64,000 nt of DNA from NCBI GenBank assembly GCA_902505605.1, contig CABWKN010000093.1, positions 266 through 64,265 on the forward strand. Reading direction: 5' to 3'. A model generated the notes under the pieces. That model was not told where the DNA came from. It worked only from the letters and a program-made list of their open reading frames with translations, and searched no databases. Numbering within the stretch: position 1 is the first letter of the stretch; every line of letters starts with the position of its first letter. Position numbers and translations under genes: made by a program. Below are positions 1-10,554 of this stretch, in pieces. The DNA comes from Candidatus Guanabacterium sedimentis. GTDB taxonomy: Bacteria > Acidobacteriota > B3-B38 > Guanabaribacteriales > B3-B38.

Positions 1-1107
1 CTGTGGAAAAATTTCGGCGTTGAGAACACCAAATATAACATAACCATAGCCCAGAATAACAGTGAGATGTCCGATAAGCAGTTCAGAGCGCAATTGATGA
101 CCATTCTGGCAGAGGTTCAGCGGCTCTACTGGGAGCTGGTGTTCAGGATTCAAGACCTGGAGGTAAACCGACAGTCTCTAAAATTAGCCCAGGACCAACT
201 GGAGATGAACCGCACCCAGGTGGAAGTGGGCACCATGGCACCCATTGAGATAACTCAGGCAGAGGCAGCAGTAGCTTCGAGAGAAGAGTGGATAATTGTG
301 GGGGAGAGCGCGGTTAAGGATGCTCAGGACCAGTTGAAAATGGCCATTGACCCCACCATTGACCTTGATTCATGGGAGGTGGAAATCATACCCACCGACA
401 AACCCCCATTTGAGCTGCAGAGTTTCAACTTGCAAGAGTGTGTTGAGACCGCCTTCAAGAACCGTCCCGACTACGATAGGCAAAAGATAGCCATCAGTAG
501 TAAGGAACTGAACATCAAGTATACTAAGAACCAGATGCGCCCGGCTGTTGATCTGGTAGCCTCTTTTGCTGCGAATGGATTGGATGGGTTATTTCTAATT
601 TATGATCGCCGCTCTCTTGAAGGAGGAGAGCCTATTGGTTATATTGAAGGGGGATTAGGTGGTGCGATGAAGGATGTTTTTAGCCTTGACTATCGCGATT
701 GGAACATCGGCTTCAATATCACCCTTCCCATCCAGAATCGGGCGGCTGAGAGCGCGCATGCCCGTTCGAAAGTAGAGCTGACTCAGGAGGAGGCACGTCT
801 CAAAAATCTGGAGCTGAGCATCATTCTGGAGGTTCGCCAGGCGGTCAGGGCAGTGGACACTAATATAAAACGGGTAGAAGCAACCCGCAAGGCGAGAGAG
901 CTGGCAGAGAAACAGCTGGAGGCTGAGCAGAAGAAGTTTGCCGTGGGAACCTCCACCAACTTTCAAGTTTTGAGATTACAGACCGATTTAGCAACGGCGA
1001 TGAGCAATGAGAGGAGGGCGATTGTCGATTACAATATCTCGCTCTTTGCTCTTAAAAGGGTGATGGGCACACTCCTCAAGGATAACAACATTGTGGTGAA
1101 GGATTAA
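1..1107 (+). CDS. TolC-family outer membrane efflux protein, 5' partial (the frame is open back to base 1)
   Basis: No stop codon upstream of the M at 67 in the same frame. Coiled-coil and beta-barrel repeat pattern typical of outer membrane factor proteins (LQTDLATAMSNERRAIVDYNISLFAL). Confidence 0.7.
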   Translation: MWKNFGVENTKYNITIAQNNSEMSDKQFRAQLMTILAEVQRLYWELVFRIQDLEVNRQSLKLAQDQLEMNRTQVEVGTMAPIEITQAEAAVASREEWIIVGESAVKDAQDQLKMAIDPTIDLDSWEVEIIPTDKPPFELQSFNLQECVETAFKNRPDYDRQKIAISSKELNIKYTKNQMRPAVDLVASFAANGLDGLFLIYDRRSLEGGEPIGYIEGGLGGAMKDVFSLDYRDWNIGFNITLPIQNRAAESAHARSKVELTQEEARLKNLELSIILEVRQAVRAVDTNIKRVEATRKARELAEKQLEAEQKKFAVGTSTNFQVLRLQTDLATAMSNERRAIVDYNISLFALKRVMGTLLKDNNIVVKD

Positions 1108-1157
1108 GACTCCATTTTACCTTCACTATCTATGAAAAGATGGGGATTAACTAACTG

Positions 1158-2171
1158 TTACGCCTTGCTGAGCTTCTGGAGGGCTTCGGTAAGGCAGGGC
1201 AACACTTTGAACAGGTCGCCCACAATTCCGAAATCTGCCGCCTTGAAGATGGGGGCTTCGGGGTCTTTATTAATGGCTATAATAAATTTTGAGGAAGACA
1301 TTCCCGCCAGGTGCTGAATAGCACCGGATATTCCACAGGCAATATAGAGCTGAGGGGAGACCACCTTTCCCGTCTGTCCCACCTGAATTTGATGGTCCAC
1401 CCAACCGGCATCAACCGCCGCCCGTGACGCACCCACTGCCCCCTGAAGAGTTGATGCTAAGGCTTCCAGAAGCTCGAAGCTCTCGCCACTCTTCATGCCT
1501 CTCCCGCCTGAAACGATGACAATGGCTTCTGTGAGGTCGGGGACCTCCTGTTCAGGTTTTATTAGATCAACGACCTTTGCCCTGATATTTTCGGGTTTCA
1601 ACTCCACAGAGAGCTCTATGACTTCCCCTTGGGGGGGCTCTTTCAACTCCTCGGCGCTGAAGACATTGGGTCGCAAGGTTGCCATTTGAGGTGTTGAGGT
1701 GAGTTGAACCAGTGCAAAGGCTTTTCCGCTGTAGACTGGGCGTTGGCATTCCAACCGCTTCTCTTCGTTCAACCGCAAAACGGTGCAATCGCTGGCTAAA
1801 CCCACCTTCAACCTTGCTGCCAGGCGGGGGGCAATATCCCTGCCCATGGCGGTAGCCGGGAAAAGAACAATAGCGGGGTCCCTCTCTGTTATTAGTTTAT
1901 AACTGATTTCGCTGTATCCTTCGGAAGAGTATTGCTCCAGCATAGAGTGGTCAGCAAGGTAGACTTTATGGGCACCGTAGGGGAATAGCTTGGGTGGCAG
2001 ATGTTTTATGGAGGACCCTATAAGGAGAACACTCAGCTCCTCCCCCAACTGGTTGGCTATACGGCAGCCTTCGGAGGTGGCTTCAAGCGAAGCTTTCTTT
2101 ACTATCCCTTCCCTCTGTTCGGCAAAAACCAAAACTCCTTGAGGCATTTCCTTCTCAATCCTCCTTTTCAA
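1158..2171 (-). CDS. etfA: Electron transfer flavoprotein alpha subunit
   Basis: Full-length match to the EtfA FAD-binding C-terminal pattern (IACGISGAIQHLAGM...IIAINKDPEAPIF). Confidence 0.85.
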   Translation of the reverse strand: MKRRIEKEMPQGVLVFAEQREGIVKKASLEATSEGCRIANQLGEELSVLLIGSSIKHLPPKLFPYGAHKVYLADHSMLEQYSSEGYSEISYKLITERDPAIVLFPATAMGRDIAPRLAARLKVGLASDCTVLRLNEEKRLECQRPVYSGKAFALVQLTSTPQMATLRPNVFSAEELKEPPQGEVIELSVELKPENIRAKVVDLIKPEQEVPDLTEAIVIVSGGRGMKSGESFELLEALASTLQGAVGASRAAVDAGWVDHQIQVGQTGKVVSPQLYIACGISGAIQHLAGMSSSKFIIAINKDPEAPIFKAADFGIVGDLFKVLPCLTEALQKLSKA

Positions 2172-2216
2172 GTAAGTGTTTTCTCTGAATTGTGTTATAG
2201 CTTATTGTGTCAGCTA

Positions 2217-3308
2217 TTAGACCATCTGAGCCTTTATTTCCTCCAACTCCGGCACACCTTCGGCTTTAAGCTCTATCTGGGAGAGCTCTTTTGCTCCCAG
2301 CCCCAGCTCAACCGCCCGTTTTATCTGAACCTGCTCCCATACGCTTTTCTGCTGAATGCGCTCCTCGGTGCCATATTTCTTTAAGACTGCTAAGCCTGTA
2401 ACATCGTTGGCAATACGGTCTCGGGAGGCGACAATAAGGTTAGGCTCAACCTCATCCCCTCGGGATGGTCCGCCGGAAATGAAGGCTTGTGTCCCATCCA
2501 TCACTATCAACGAGGGATTTACTGCTAGCCCTGTTCCCACAATCATTCTGGCGAAGATGGAATAGGTGTCGGGGAGGTCTTTTGGTGGCTCCTTCCCCTC
2601 GGCTCGGGCGCGAGCGATGGCTCGATAGCTGGTGTGTTTACCGTGCATGAGACAACGGTCGTTTAAGTGGATAAGCCCGATAAAGATTCTAAGAGACATG
2701 GTGAAATAGGCTATGGCGTGTGTTTTAATAACCGGGATAGCGATTATTTTATCCACTTTGCTGAGGAGCGCTGGGATGTGGAAGCCGTGGTTTTCCTGCC
2801 AGTGGTCAGCCGCTGGTGGATTGGTCAATAGCCATTCATCATAATCAAAGCTCATTACCTCTGCTTTGGCTTCTTTGGCGGCATCGTAGATACCCAGTCT
2901 CTTCATGGCATCCATAGTGTCATAGGGGACTCCCATGCTGGAGCGGTCAGTTACAATCACCCCGGCGGGGTCTTGCTCCCAGACCATTTTCACCACTTCG
3001 TGGACCACTTCGGGGTTGGTAGTGCCGGGGTAGGCGTCGGCGGTATTCACATTCGGCTTTACCAGAACAGTATCCCCCGCCTTGATGAACCCCATACCCC
3101 CGGAAAGGGCTACCGCTCGCTGAACGGATTCCTTAATGCTTTCCCCTCTGGCTAAGCCGACCACCGATTTAGACAGGGTCTTCTCTTGAAGGTGGATATT
3201 ATAAAGAGGATATAGACCGATGCCCAGGGTAATGCCCCCAGCTCCTTGCAAAAATTCTCTCCTGGTGAATCTTTTGTATGCCCGAGGGAATAAGTTTCTT
3301 CTCTTCAT
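2217..3308 (-). CDS. DUF362-domain protein with an N-terminal twin-arginine (Tat) signal
   Basis: N-terminus TRREFLQGAGGITLGIGL is a canonical S/T-R-R-x-F-L motif followed by a hydrophobic stretch. The remainder resembles the DUF362 (PF04015) family. Confidence 0.65.
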   Translation of the reverse strand: MKRRNLFPRAYKRFTRREFLQGAGGITLGIGLYPLYNIHLQEKTLSKSVVGLARGESIKESVQRAVALSGGMGFIKAGDTVLVKPNVNTADAYPGTTNPEVVHEVVKMVWEQDPAGVIVTDRSSMGVPYDTMDAMKRLGIYDAAKEAKAEVMSFDYDEWLLTNPPAADHWQENHGFHIPALLSKVDKIIAIPVIKTHAIAYFTMSLRIFIGLIHLNDRCLMHGKHTSYRAIARARAEGKEPPKDLPDTYSIFARMIVGTGLAVNPSLIVMDGTQAFISGGPSRGDEVEPNLIVASRDRIANDVTGLAVLKKYGTEERIQQKSVWEQVQIKRAVELGLGAKELSQIELKAEGVPELEEIKAQMV

Positions 3309-3344
3309 TTGCCTGGCATCCTTTTAGGATAGAAGGTTTATTGT

Positions 3345-4133
3345 TTATAAAATCCCTGTTTCCCTCTGGAGCCATTCGATAAGCTGTTTTACCGTTTCGG
3401 ATGGCTCTCCTTCTACCACAGTTCCCTTGGGTCGCATAGGAGGCAGTTCCAGCTTAATGATGGGGGCTTTCCCTTTGAGCTTATTCACCTCCTCTTCACT
3501 CACACCCAGCTGTTGGCAATCGAGCACTGTCAGCGGCTTTTTTTTGGCCATCATAATTCCCTTCAGAGAGGGGTAGCGGGGTTCGTTCAACCCTTTCTGG
3601 GTAGTAAACAAGGCTGGCAGAGGAGTCTCTATCACTTCCGATACTCCTTCAATCTCGCGGTGAGCTACTGCTTTATCTGGAGAGATTTGGAGCTTGGTTA
3701 CCACACCTACATGAGGAATGCCCAACAACTCTGCCAGAATGGGACCTACCTGATAATGGTCGGTTCCTACCCCTTGAACTCCGCAGAGGATGAGGTGGTA
3801 ACCTTCCTGCTGGATAGCCTTACTTAAAAGGGTGGCAACCAGCAACGGGTCGTTCTCATCGATCAGGGGGTCATTTATATGGATAGCTCTGTCTGCCCCC
3901 ATTGCCAGGCCGCTCCTCAGGGCGGTAGATGCCCGTTCTGGACCTACTGAGATGAGGATCACTTCCCCCTCTCCCAGTGACTCTTTGGTGCGCAGCCCCT
4001 CTTCTATAGCATACTCCTCGTAGGGATTTATGATATAGTTTATTTCTGCATCATCTATAGCTCTTCCATGGGGAGCTATTTTGATTTTGGCTTCGGTATC
4101 GGGGACTTGCTTTATGCAGACAATGACCTTCAT
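3345..4133 (-). CDS. etfB: Electron transfer flavoprotein beta subunit
   Basis: MKVIVCIKQVPDTEAKIKI... is the classic EtfB N-terminus. Length 262 aa. Confidence 0.85.
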   Translation of the reverse strand: MKVIVCIKQVPDTEAKIKIAPHGRAIDDAEINYIINPYEEYAIEEGLRTKESLGEGEVILISVGPERASTALRSGLAMGADRAIHINDPLIDENDPLLVATLLSKAIQQEGYHLILCGVQGVGTDHYQVGPILAELLGIPHVGVVTKLQISPDKAVAHREIEGVSEVIETPLPALFTTQKGLNEPRYPSLKGIMMAKKKPLTVLDCQQLGVSEEEVNKLKGKAPIIKLELPPMRPKGTVVEGEPSETVKQLIEWLQRETGIL

Positions 4134-4220
4134 CTAAGTCCTCCTGTGGTCATAAATGCGGCTCAATCAGAGCAAAAAGGCAATTAATTAGGAACATTTA
4201 TATTTTAAATATTGTGATGC

Positions 4221-5462
4221 CTACTGTTCAAATTTTTTAAATACTAACGAGGCGTTAGTCCCTCCAAATCCAAAAGAGTTGGACAATACATAGTTGATGG
4301 CGGCTTTCCGGGCTTTGTTGGGAACAAAGTCGAGGTCGCATTCAGGGTCCGGAGTTTCATAATTAATGGTGGGGGGGATAATCTGATCGCGGATAGTTAG
4401 TATGCTTACTGAAGCCTCTACCCCTCCCGCTGCTCCCAACAGATGTCCGATCATCGATTTAGTGGAACTTATCGCTAACTTTCGGGCATGCTCCCCAAAT
4501 ACCTTTTTAATGGCCAAGGTTTCCACCACATCCCCCGCCGGAGTGGCTGTGCCGTGGGCGTTAATATAATCTATATAAGAAGGTTGGATGCGGGCATCGT
4601 GTAAGGCGTTTTGCATCACTCGAATAGGTCCATCACCATCCTCGCTGGGTGCGGAGATATGGAAAGCATCGCCCGACATGCCGTAGCCCAACAATTCAGC
4701 GTATATGTTCGCGCCCCGGTCTTGAGCATGCTCCAGGGACTCGAGAATTAGGATACCTGCCCCTTCGCCTACTACAAATCCGTCACGGTTTTTATCAAAA
4801 GGTCGGCTTGCTTTTTCAGGCTGGTCGTTGCGAGTGGAAATAGCCCTCATGGCGCAGAAACCTCCAATGGCGAGAGGCGTGATGACGCTCTCGGTCCCAC
4901 CGGAGATCATAGCATCGGCTTCGCCGCGGGCAATTATCCTGAAGGAGTCGCCAATAGCGTGGCTACCGGTAGAGCACGCGGTGCACACAGCAGAGTTAGG
5001 ACCCTTTGCCCCATAGCGGATGGATACTTGCCCCGAGGCGAGATTGACAATGAGCCCCGGAATAAAGAAGGGGGAGATCCTTCGGGGACCGCTCTCCAGG
5101 AGTATCTTGTGCTGCCGCTCAATAAAGGGAAGCCCCCCTATTCCCGAGCCTATAAAAACTCCCACCCGGGGAGCATTGAGATGGTTTATTTTCAATCCGG
5201 AGTCTTCCAGAGCCATATCGGTAGCTCCCAGGGCATAGTGGATGAAGGTATCCATTTTGCGAAGGTCCTTCTGCTCTGTCCATTGGAGGGGGTCAAATCC
5301 TTTTACCTCAGCGGCAATGCGGGTGGGGTACTCAGAGGCGTCGAAGCGGGTTATCGGTCCCACTCCGCTCTTTCCCTGGCAAATGGCGCTCCAGCTCCCT
5401 TCAGTGCCGATTCCTACAGGTGTTATAAGCCCTATACCAGTTACAACAACTCTCCTTTCCAA
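4221..5462 (-). CDS. fabF: 3-oxoacyl-ACP synthase II (KAS II)
   Basis: [15 protein letters not shown] start, conserved Cys/His/His KAS motifs, 413 aa. Sits downstream of acpP as in canonical fab clusters. Confidence 0.9.
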   Translation of the reverse strand: MERRVVVTGIGLITPVGIGTEGSWSAICQGKSGVGPITRFDASEYPTRIAAEVKGFDPLQWTEQKDLRKMDTFIHYALGATDMALEDSGLKINHLNAPRVGVFIGSGIGGLPFIERQHKILLESGPRRISPFFIPGLIVNLASGQVSIRYGAKGPNSAVCTACSTGSHAIGDSFRIIARGEADAMISGGTESVITPLAIGGFCAMRAISTRNDQPEKASRPFDKNRDGFVVGEGAGILILESLEHAQDRGANIYAELLGYGMSGDAFHISAPSEDGDGPIRVMQNALHDARIQPSYIDYINAHGTATPAGDVVETLAIKKVFGEHARKLAISSTKSMIGHLLGAAGGVEASVSILTIRDQIIPPTINYETPDPECDLDFVPNKARKAAINYVLSNSFGFGGTNASLVFKKFEQ

Positions 5463-5574
5463 AATTAAGCTCCTCTGTCTTTATTCAGGTTTGAAGCTTT
5501 TTCATCTCCCTGGCGAAGCTTTCCATCCTCGCTTGTTTATTGAGATAAAAATGGAGTATATAGCCATTCGAGAG

Positions 5575-5814
5575 CTACTGCTCTTTGGCCTGGGCTTTGA
5601 GATAGTCAATGGCGTCCTTTACCCGAATGATTTTTTCGGCATCTTCGTCAGGAATATCGATCTTGAAAGCATCCTCAAAAGCCATTACCAGCTCGACTGT
5701 ATCCAGAGAATCCGCCCCTAAGTCATCGATAAATGAAGCTTCCGGGGTTATCTCGCCTTCGTCTACTCCTAATTGATTGATTATAATGGTTTTAACTTTT
5801 TCTTCTATGGACAT
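5575..5814 (-). CDS. acpP: Acyl carrier protein
   Basis: 79 aa with the [16 protein letters not shown] phosphopantetheine-attachment motif. Confidence 0.9.
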   Translation of the reverse strand: MSIEEKVKTIIINQLGVDEGEITPEASFIDDLGADSLDTVELVMAFEDAFKIDIPDEDAEKIIRVKDAIDYLKAQAKEQ

Positions 5815-5901
5815 GCCTTATTACCTCCCTTGACTTGTAATACTAACTTTTTTGAACTATAAATTGTTAAAAAGCTTATTTCTTGCCTTAAGCTTCAGAG
5901 T

Positions 5902-6645
5902 TTACATATACATACCGCCATTAATATTGAGGACCTGCCCGGTGATATATTCCGCATCATCCGAGACGAGGAAGGCCGTCCCTTTGGCTATATCCTGGGG
6001 CAGGCCCAGGCGCGGGATAGGTATCTGGTTGAGGAAGCCCTTTTTGACTTCATTGGGGAGCCTTTGAGTCATAGGGGTATCTATGTATCCTGGGGCGATG
6101 ACATTGACCGTTATCCCGCGGGAGGCGATCTCCCGGGCGATACTTTTGGAAAAGCCGATTATTGCCGCTTTGGAGGCGGCGTAGTTGGACTGTCCGGCAT
6201 TGCCCATAAGTCCTACTACCGAGGCGATATTCACTATACGCCCAAATCTCTGTTTGAGCATCCAGCGGAGCACAGCCTGGGTGCAGTTGAAAACCCCGGT
6301 GAGGTTAATGCTTAACACCTTATCCCAGTCCTCTCGTTTCATTCGTATGAGCAGGGAATCGCGCGTGATGCCGGCATTATTAACCAAAATGTCTATTTTG
6401 CTAAAATCCTCAGCGATCTGATTTACTGTCTGGTGGACTTCATCAGTATCAGAGACATCCATATGGTAAGCTTTAGCTTTTCTTTTTAAGGCCTCAATCT
6501 CTCTGGCTGTCTCCTCGGCTTTGTCAAAGAGTATGTCGGCTACCGCTATATCAGAACCCGCTCGGGCTAATTCGAGGGCGATTTCTTTGCCTATCCCCTG
6601 AGCAGCTCCTGTTATCAGGGAAATCCTCCCTTCCAAGGTCATCAA
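5902..6645 (-). CDS. fabG: 3-oxoacyl-ACP reductase (SDR family)
   Basis: TGAAQGIGKEIA Rossmann motif, NNAG, and YAASKAA catalytic motif. Position in the fab cluster. Confidence 0.9.
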   Translation of the reverse strand: MMTLEGRISLITGAAQGIGKEIALELARAGSDIAVADILFDKAEETAREIEALKRKAKAYHMDVSDTDEVHQTVNQIAEDFSKIDILVNNAGITRDSLLIRMKREDWDKVLSINLTGVFNCTQAVLRWMLKQRFGRIVNIASVVGLMGNAGQSNYAASKAAIIGFSKSIAREIASRGITVNVIAPGYIDTPMTQRLPNEVKKGFLNQIPIPRLGLPQDIAKGTAFLVSDDAEYITGQVLNINGGMYM

Positions 6646-6654
6646 TTCCTCCCT

Positions 6655-7602
6655 TTATTTATTTGAGGTGTCATAGTAGTTTAAAAAGCTATTTAGGGTC
6701 GCTTTATCTTCTATATTAAAGGTTTTAATTCCTTTGTCAATTCTTTTAATAAGATTTGATAAAACTCTGCCAGGTCCTACTTCAACAAAGATGGACACTC
6801 CCTGAGTGATAAGATGTCGCATAGAATCCTCCCATCTGACAGGGGAGGTAACCTGTCGGATAAGGGAGTCCATAGCCTCTTGCGGGGTATGAATGATTTT
6901 GGCATCAACATTGGTGACTAAGGGAATCAGCAGCGGATGGAATATAGTTTTGTCAATATCCACCTGCAGCCTTTCCTGAGCTGGTAGCATCAGCTTTGAA
7001 TGGAAGGGAGCACTTACCGGCAGAAGGGTGGCTCTTTTAGCCCCTTCTTGTAAGGCAAGCTCCATGGCTTTATCAATCCCTTCTCTGGTGCCTGAGATGA
7101 CTATCTGAATAGGGGAGTTATAATTGGCTGGCTGCACTCTCTCTCCTACCTGCTGGCATATTTTCTCTACTTTGGACCGTTCCAAGGCTATAATGGCAGC
7201 CATGGCGCCCTCGCCCACAGGGACTGCTTCCTGCATATATTGACCGCGTTTCCGCACCAGGCTCACTGCGTGCTCAAAGCTCAGAGATTCGGCAGCAACC
7301 AGCGCTGAATACTCTCCCAGGCTATGCCCGGCAACATAATCGGGCTTCACTCCTGAATCTCTCAGGAGGGTCCAGGCAGCAATGCTGGTGGTCAGGATGG
7401 CGGGCTGTGTGTTGGTGGTAATTTGCACTTCCTTGTCTGTTCCTTCAAAGCACAAACTGCTAAGGGGGAATCCCAGAGTCTGGTCGGCTTTTTCGTAGAT
7501 TGCTCGACTCTCCTTATAGCTATTAAAGAAATCCTTACCCATTCCCACATACTGGGATGCTTGGCCTGGGAATATAAAGGCAATTTTTTCTGTTTTTCCC
7601 AC
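6655..7602 (-). CDS. fabD: Malonyl CoA-ACP transacylase
   Basis: FPGQGSQYVGMG start and GHSLGEYSALVAA active-site motif. Confidence 0.9.
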   Translation of the reverse strand: MGKTEKIAFIFPGQASQYVGMGKDFFNSYKESRAIYEKADQTLGFPLSSLCFEGTDKEVQITTNTQPAILTTSIAAWTLLRDSGVKPDYVAGHSLGEYSALVAAESLSFEHAVSLVRKRGQYMQEAVPVGEGAMAAIIALERSKVEKICQQVGERVQPANYNSPIQIVISGTREGIDKAMELALQEGAKRATLLPVSAPFHSKLMLPAQERLQVDIDKTIFHPLLIPLVTNVDAKIIHTPQEAMDSLIRQVTSPVRWEDSMRHLITQGVSIFVEVGPGRVLSNLIKRIDKGIKTFNIEDKATLNSFLNYYDTSNK

Positions 7603-7618
7603 TTCAGAGCCTGTTTTT

Positions 7619-8605
7619 TTACATTCTAACCAGAGCTGAACCCCAGCTCACCCCAGCGCCAAAAGCCGACATCAATATCAGGGTCCCTTTAGGGAGTCTT
7701 CCTTTCTCCTTCAATTCATGTAGGGCAATTGGGATGGACCCTGAGGAGGTATTGCCAATTCTATCGATATTAGAGTATATCTTCTCGCGGGATACGCTAA
7801 TGCGTTCGGCAACGGCATTGGTTATTCTCTGGTTTGCCTGATGGGGTATAAAGATATCCACTTCTTCCGGTTTTACACTGGCTTTAAGTAGAACCTCTTC
7901 GGATACCTTCGACATATAACGGATGGCGGCCTTGAAGAGTTCGTTTCCCATCATCTTTACGAAATGAAGCCTCTTAGACACGGTCTCCTGGGAGGTGGGA
8001 AGCTCGGAGCCACCTGCCGGGATGGTGAGGAATTCAGCGTATTCTCCCTGGTTATGAATACTTGTAGCCAGTATTCCGGCTGGTTCTTCCACTTCCCCCA
8101 GCACAACAGCTCCCGCACCGTCGGCGAAAAGGACACAGGTGGCTCTATCGGTCCAGTCTGTGACGCGACTTAGCACTTCCCCACCTGCAATAAGGATATG
8201 TTTGTATTCTCCATTAGCGATAAACTGTCTGGCAACTGTCAGGGCGAAGATGAACCCTGAGCAGCCGGCGGTAAGGTCGAAGGCAGCAGCCTTTTCAGCT
8301 CCTAAAATGTGCTGGACATAACAGGAAGAGGAGGGGAGGGGACGGTCGGGGGTTACGGTGGCGCAGATAATGAGGTCGAGCTGCGAAGGGCTGATTCCTG
8401 CCTCTTCAAGCGCCAGGCGAGAGGCTTCGATGGCAAAGGTGGAGAAGGACTCATTTTCCCCCGCAATCCTTCTTTCCCGGATACCGGTGCGGGTGCGGAT
8501 CCACTCGTCGCTGGTATCCACCATTTTTTCCAAGTCGAAGTTGGTAAGGACTTTATCTGGTACAGATGCGCCAATACCCAGAATGCCTGCTCTTTTAACT
8601 TGCAT
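7619..8605 (-). CDS. fabH: 3-oxoacyl-ACP synthase III (KAS III)
   Basis: GILGIGASVPDKVLTNFDLEKMVDTSDEWIRTRTGIRERR is a classic FabH N-terminus. Confidence 0.9.
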   Translation of the reverse strand: MQVKRAGILGIGASVPDKVLTNFDLEKMVDTSDEWIRTRTGIRERRIAGENESFSTFAIEASRLALEEAGISPSQLDLIICATVTPDRPLPSSSCYVQHILGAEKAAAFDLTAGCSGFIFALTVARQFIANGEYKHILIAGGEVLSRVTDWTDRATCVLFADGAGAVVLGEVEEPAGILATSIHNQGEYAEFLTIPAGGSELPTSQETVSKRLHFVKMMGNELFKAAIRYMSKVSEEVLLKASVKPEEVDIFIPHQANQRITNAVAERISVSREKIYSNIDRIGNTSSGSIPIALHELKEKGRLPKGTLILMSAFGAGVSWGSALVRM

Positions 8606-8619
8606 TTCCTTGCCTAAAC

Positions 8620-9630
8620 TTAATGTAGCTCTTTATTTATGGTTAAGCTGAGAATTTGTTCCTTAATGCGCTGATTAACCCGATTCTGATAGAAATCAGT
8701 TGCAATTTTGATGGCGTTTTTTAGCGCCTTGGGGGAGGACCTTCCATGGCAGATAATGCAGGTTTCCTTGGTCCCCAGTAGAGGAGCCCCTGCATATTCG
8801 GAATAATCGGTTAGCTTCTGAAAACGAATAAAGACCTGCCGATGCATCTGAGAGGCTAATTTAGAGACGAAATTCTTATCCAGCTCTTCTTTCAATATGG
8901 TTTGCATGGTAGCGGCTATGCTCTCGCTCACCTTCAGGGTGATGTTTCCTATAAACCCATCACATACGATGACATCGACTTTGCCCGAGAATACATCTGT
9001 CCCCTCGATGTTGCCATAAAAACTTAAGGGAGAGTTTTTCAGCATCTGGTAAGCTTCTCTGGTAACCTCGTTTCCTTTGGACTCTTCTTCCCCGATGCTC
9101 AGCAGTCCGATTTTCGGTTCAGGTATATTGAGAATCGCTTTGGCATATATGTATCCCATGATGCCGAAGTGAGTCAGGTGATGAGGCCTGCAATCAACAT
9201 TAGCTCCCACATCCAGCAGTACAGCGTATCCTTTAGGAGTGGGGATAACCATGGCTAAAGCAGGCCGGTCCACACCCTGAAGGCATCCGATGACAAATTT
9301 AGCCGCCGCCATGGTGGCTCCTGTGTTGCCGGCACTAACAATCCCCTGGGCTCTGCCCTCCTTGACTAAAGAGCAGGCTATCATAATAGAAGAGCTCTTC
9401 TTGCGCAATACGGAGGAGGCTTTGCTGCTCATGTCTATTACATCGTCTGCGTTGATAATCTCAATTGGGAGGTTCTGGGAAGCCTTTAGCCGATGGAGCT
9501 CTTTTTTAATCTCCTCCTGCCTGCCGACAAGAGCAACATTTATATCGAATTCCCTGACCGCTTTAACAGCCCCTTCCACAGGATTCCTTGGGGCGAAATC
9601 TCCTCCCATGGCATCCACAGCAATCTTCAT
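8620..9630 (-). CDS. plsX: Phosphate acyltransferase PlsX
   Basis: MKIAVDAMGGDFAP start. Located between rpmF and fabH, as is typical. Confidence 0.9.
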   Translation of the reverse strand: MKIAVDAMGGDFAPRNPVEGAVKAVREFDINVALVGRQEEIKKELHRLKASQNLPIEIINADDVIDMSSKASSVLRKKSSSIMIACSLVKEGRAQGIVSAGNTGATMAAAKFVIGCLQGVDRPALAMVIPTPKGYAVLLDVGANVDCRPHHLTHFGIMGYIYAKAILNIPEPKIGLLSIGEEESKGNEVTREAYQMLKNSPLSFYGNIEGTDVFSGKVDVIVCDGFIGNITLKVSESIAATMQTILKEELDKNFVSKLASQMHRQVFIRFQKLTDYSEYAGAPLLGTKETCIICHGRSSPKALKNAIKIATDFYQNRVNQRIKEQILSLTINKELH

Positions 9631-9736
9631 TTTCCATTCTCCCGGTGAGCCGCTATAGTGCCTTTTGCTAAACCCCTTCCCATGTAGTTACTTCAGTTGA
9701 ACTGGTTTAAGACTGCCATAGCTGACAGATATATCC

Positions 9737-9919
9737 TTATTCCCCTTTCACCTCTATTGCTTCCACCCCTTTATAGTAGCCACAATGGGGACATACTCGA
9801 TGGGGAGGTTTCATTTCGTGACACTGGGGACATGTGGCTAAAGAAGGAGATGTCAGCGATAGATGAGATCTTCTTTTATCTCTTCTGGATTTCGAGTGTT
9901 TTCTTTTTGGATTTGCCAT
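9737..9919 (-). CDS. rpmF: 50S ribosomal protein L32
   Basis: 60 aa. MANPKRKHSKSRRDKRRSH plus CxxC...CxxC zinc ribbon. Confidence 0.85.
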   Translation of the reverse strand: MANPKRKHSKSRRDKRRSHLSLTSPSLATCPQCHEMKPPHRVCPHCGYYKGVEAIEVKGE

Positions 9920-9928
9920 AGTTTAAAG

Positions 9929-10459
9929 CTACTTCTGTTGATTAAGCAGTTCTTTAATCTGCTTTAATTTTTCTAAGCGAGGGTCTATGGAGACCGCTTT
10001 GCAGTTGCAAGAGCTGACATTCAAATTGGTGCCGCAGGAAGGGCAAAGACCTTTGCACTCCTGCGAGCAGATAGGCTTCATAGGAAGTGCAAGGAGGATT
10101 TGCTCTTGCAGCAGCTCAGACAGCTCAATTTTGTTTTCGCTATAATAGGCAATATTGGCATCTTTGTCTTTCATCTCTAATTCAACCTCCGAAGGCATCT
10201 GTTCGATGGGAACATAAAGGAGGTCGAAATCGGAGGAAAGGTCGAAGGGGTAACTTTCTAAGCATCGGCTACACTGGAGCATGAGCTTTAATTCGATGGA
10301 GCCGGTGATTCTGTATTTGATACCAATAGGTGTTACATTCAGCTCCACAAAGCAAGGGTTAATAATTTCGACTTCTTCTATTGAGGGAGGCAAGGTGAGG
10401 TTGACTTTCCTGCTGATATGTAACCCATGAGGAGTTACTTCCTTTAAATCTATATGCAT
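9929..10459 (-). CDS. yceD: YceD/DUF177 family protein (23S rRNA accumulation protein)
   Basis: 176 aa with C-terminal CxxC motifs. Sits immediately upstream of rpmF-plsX, as in most bacteria. Confidence 0.75.
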   Translation of the reverse strand: MHIDLKEVTPHGLHISRKVNLTLPPSIEEVEIINPCFVELNVTPIGIKYRITGSIELKLMLQCSRCLESYPFDLSSDFDLLYVPIEQMPSEVELEMKDKDANIAYYSENKIELSELLQEQILLALPMKPICSQECKGLCPSCGTNLNVSSCNCKAVSIDPRLEKLKQIKELLNQQK

Positions 10460-10554
10460 AGAGTATTAGCCTTCCTTTTAAAAAAAGTTATTATACCATT
10501 CTCTAAAGTTTTGTCAACAATGTTTTTCAGTTCTTTTAGCAGCCTCGCTGAGGG

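Noticed and set aside
4959-5721. 169-aa and 159-aa plus-strand ORFs.
   Set aside because: They are antisense to fabF and the acpP region, which have unambiguous homology. There is no RBS.
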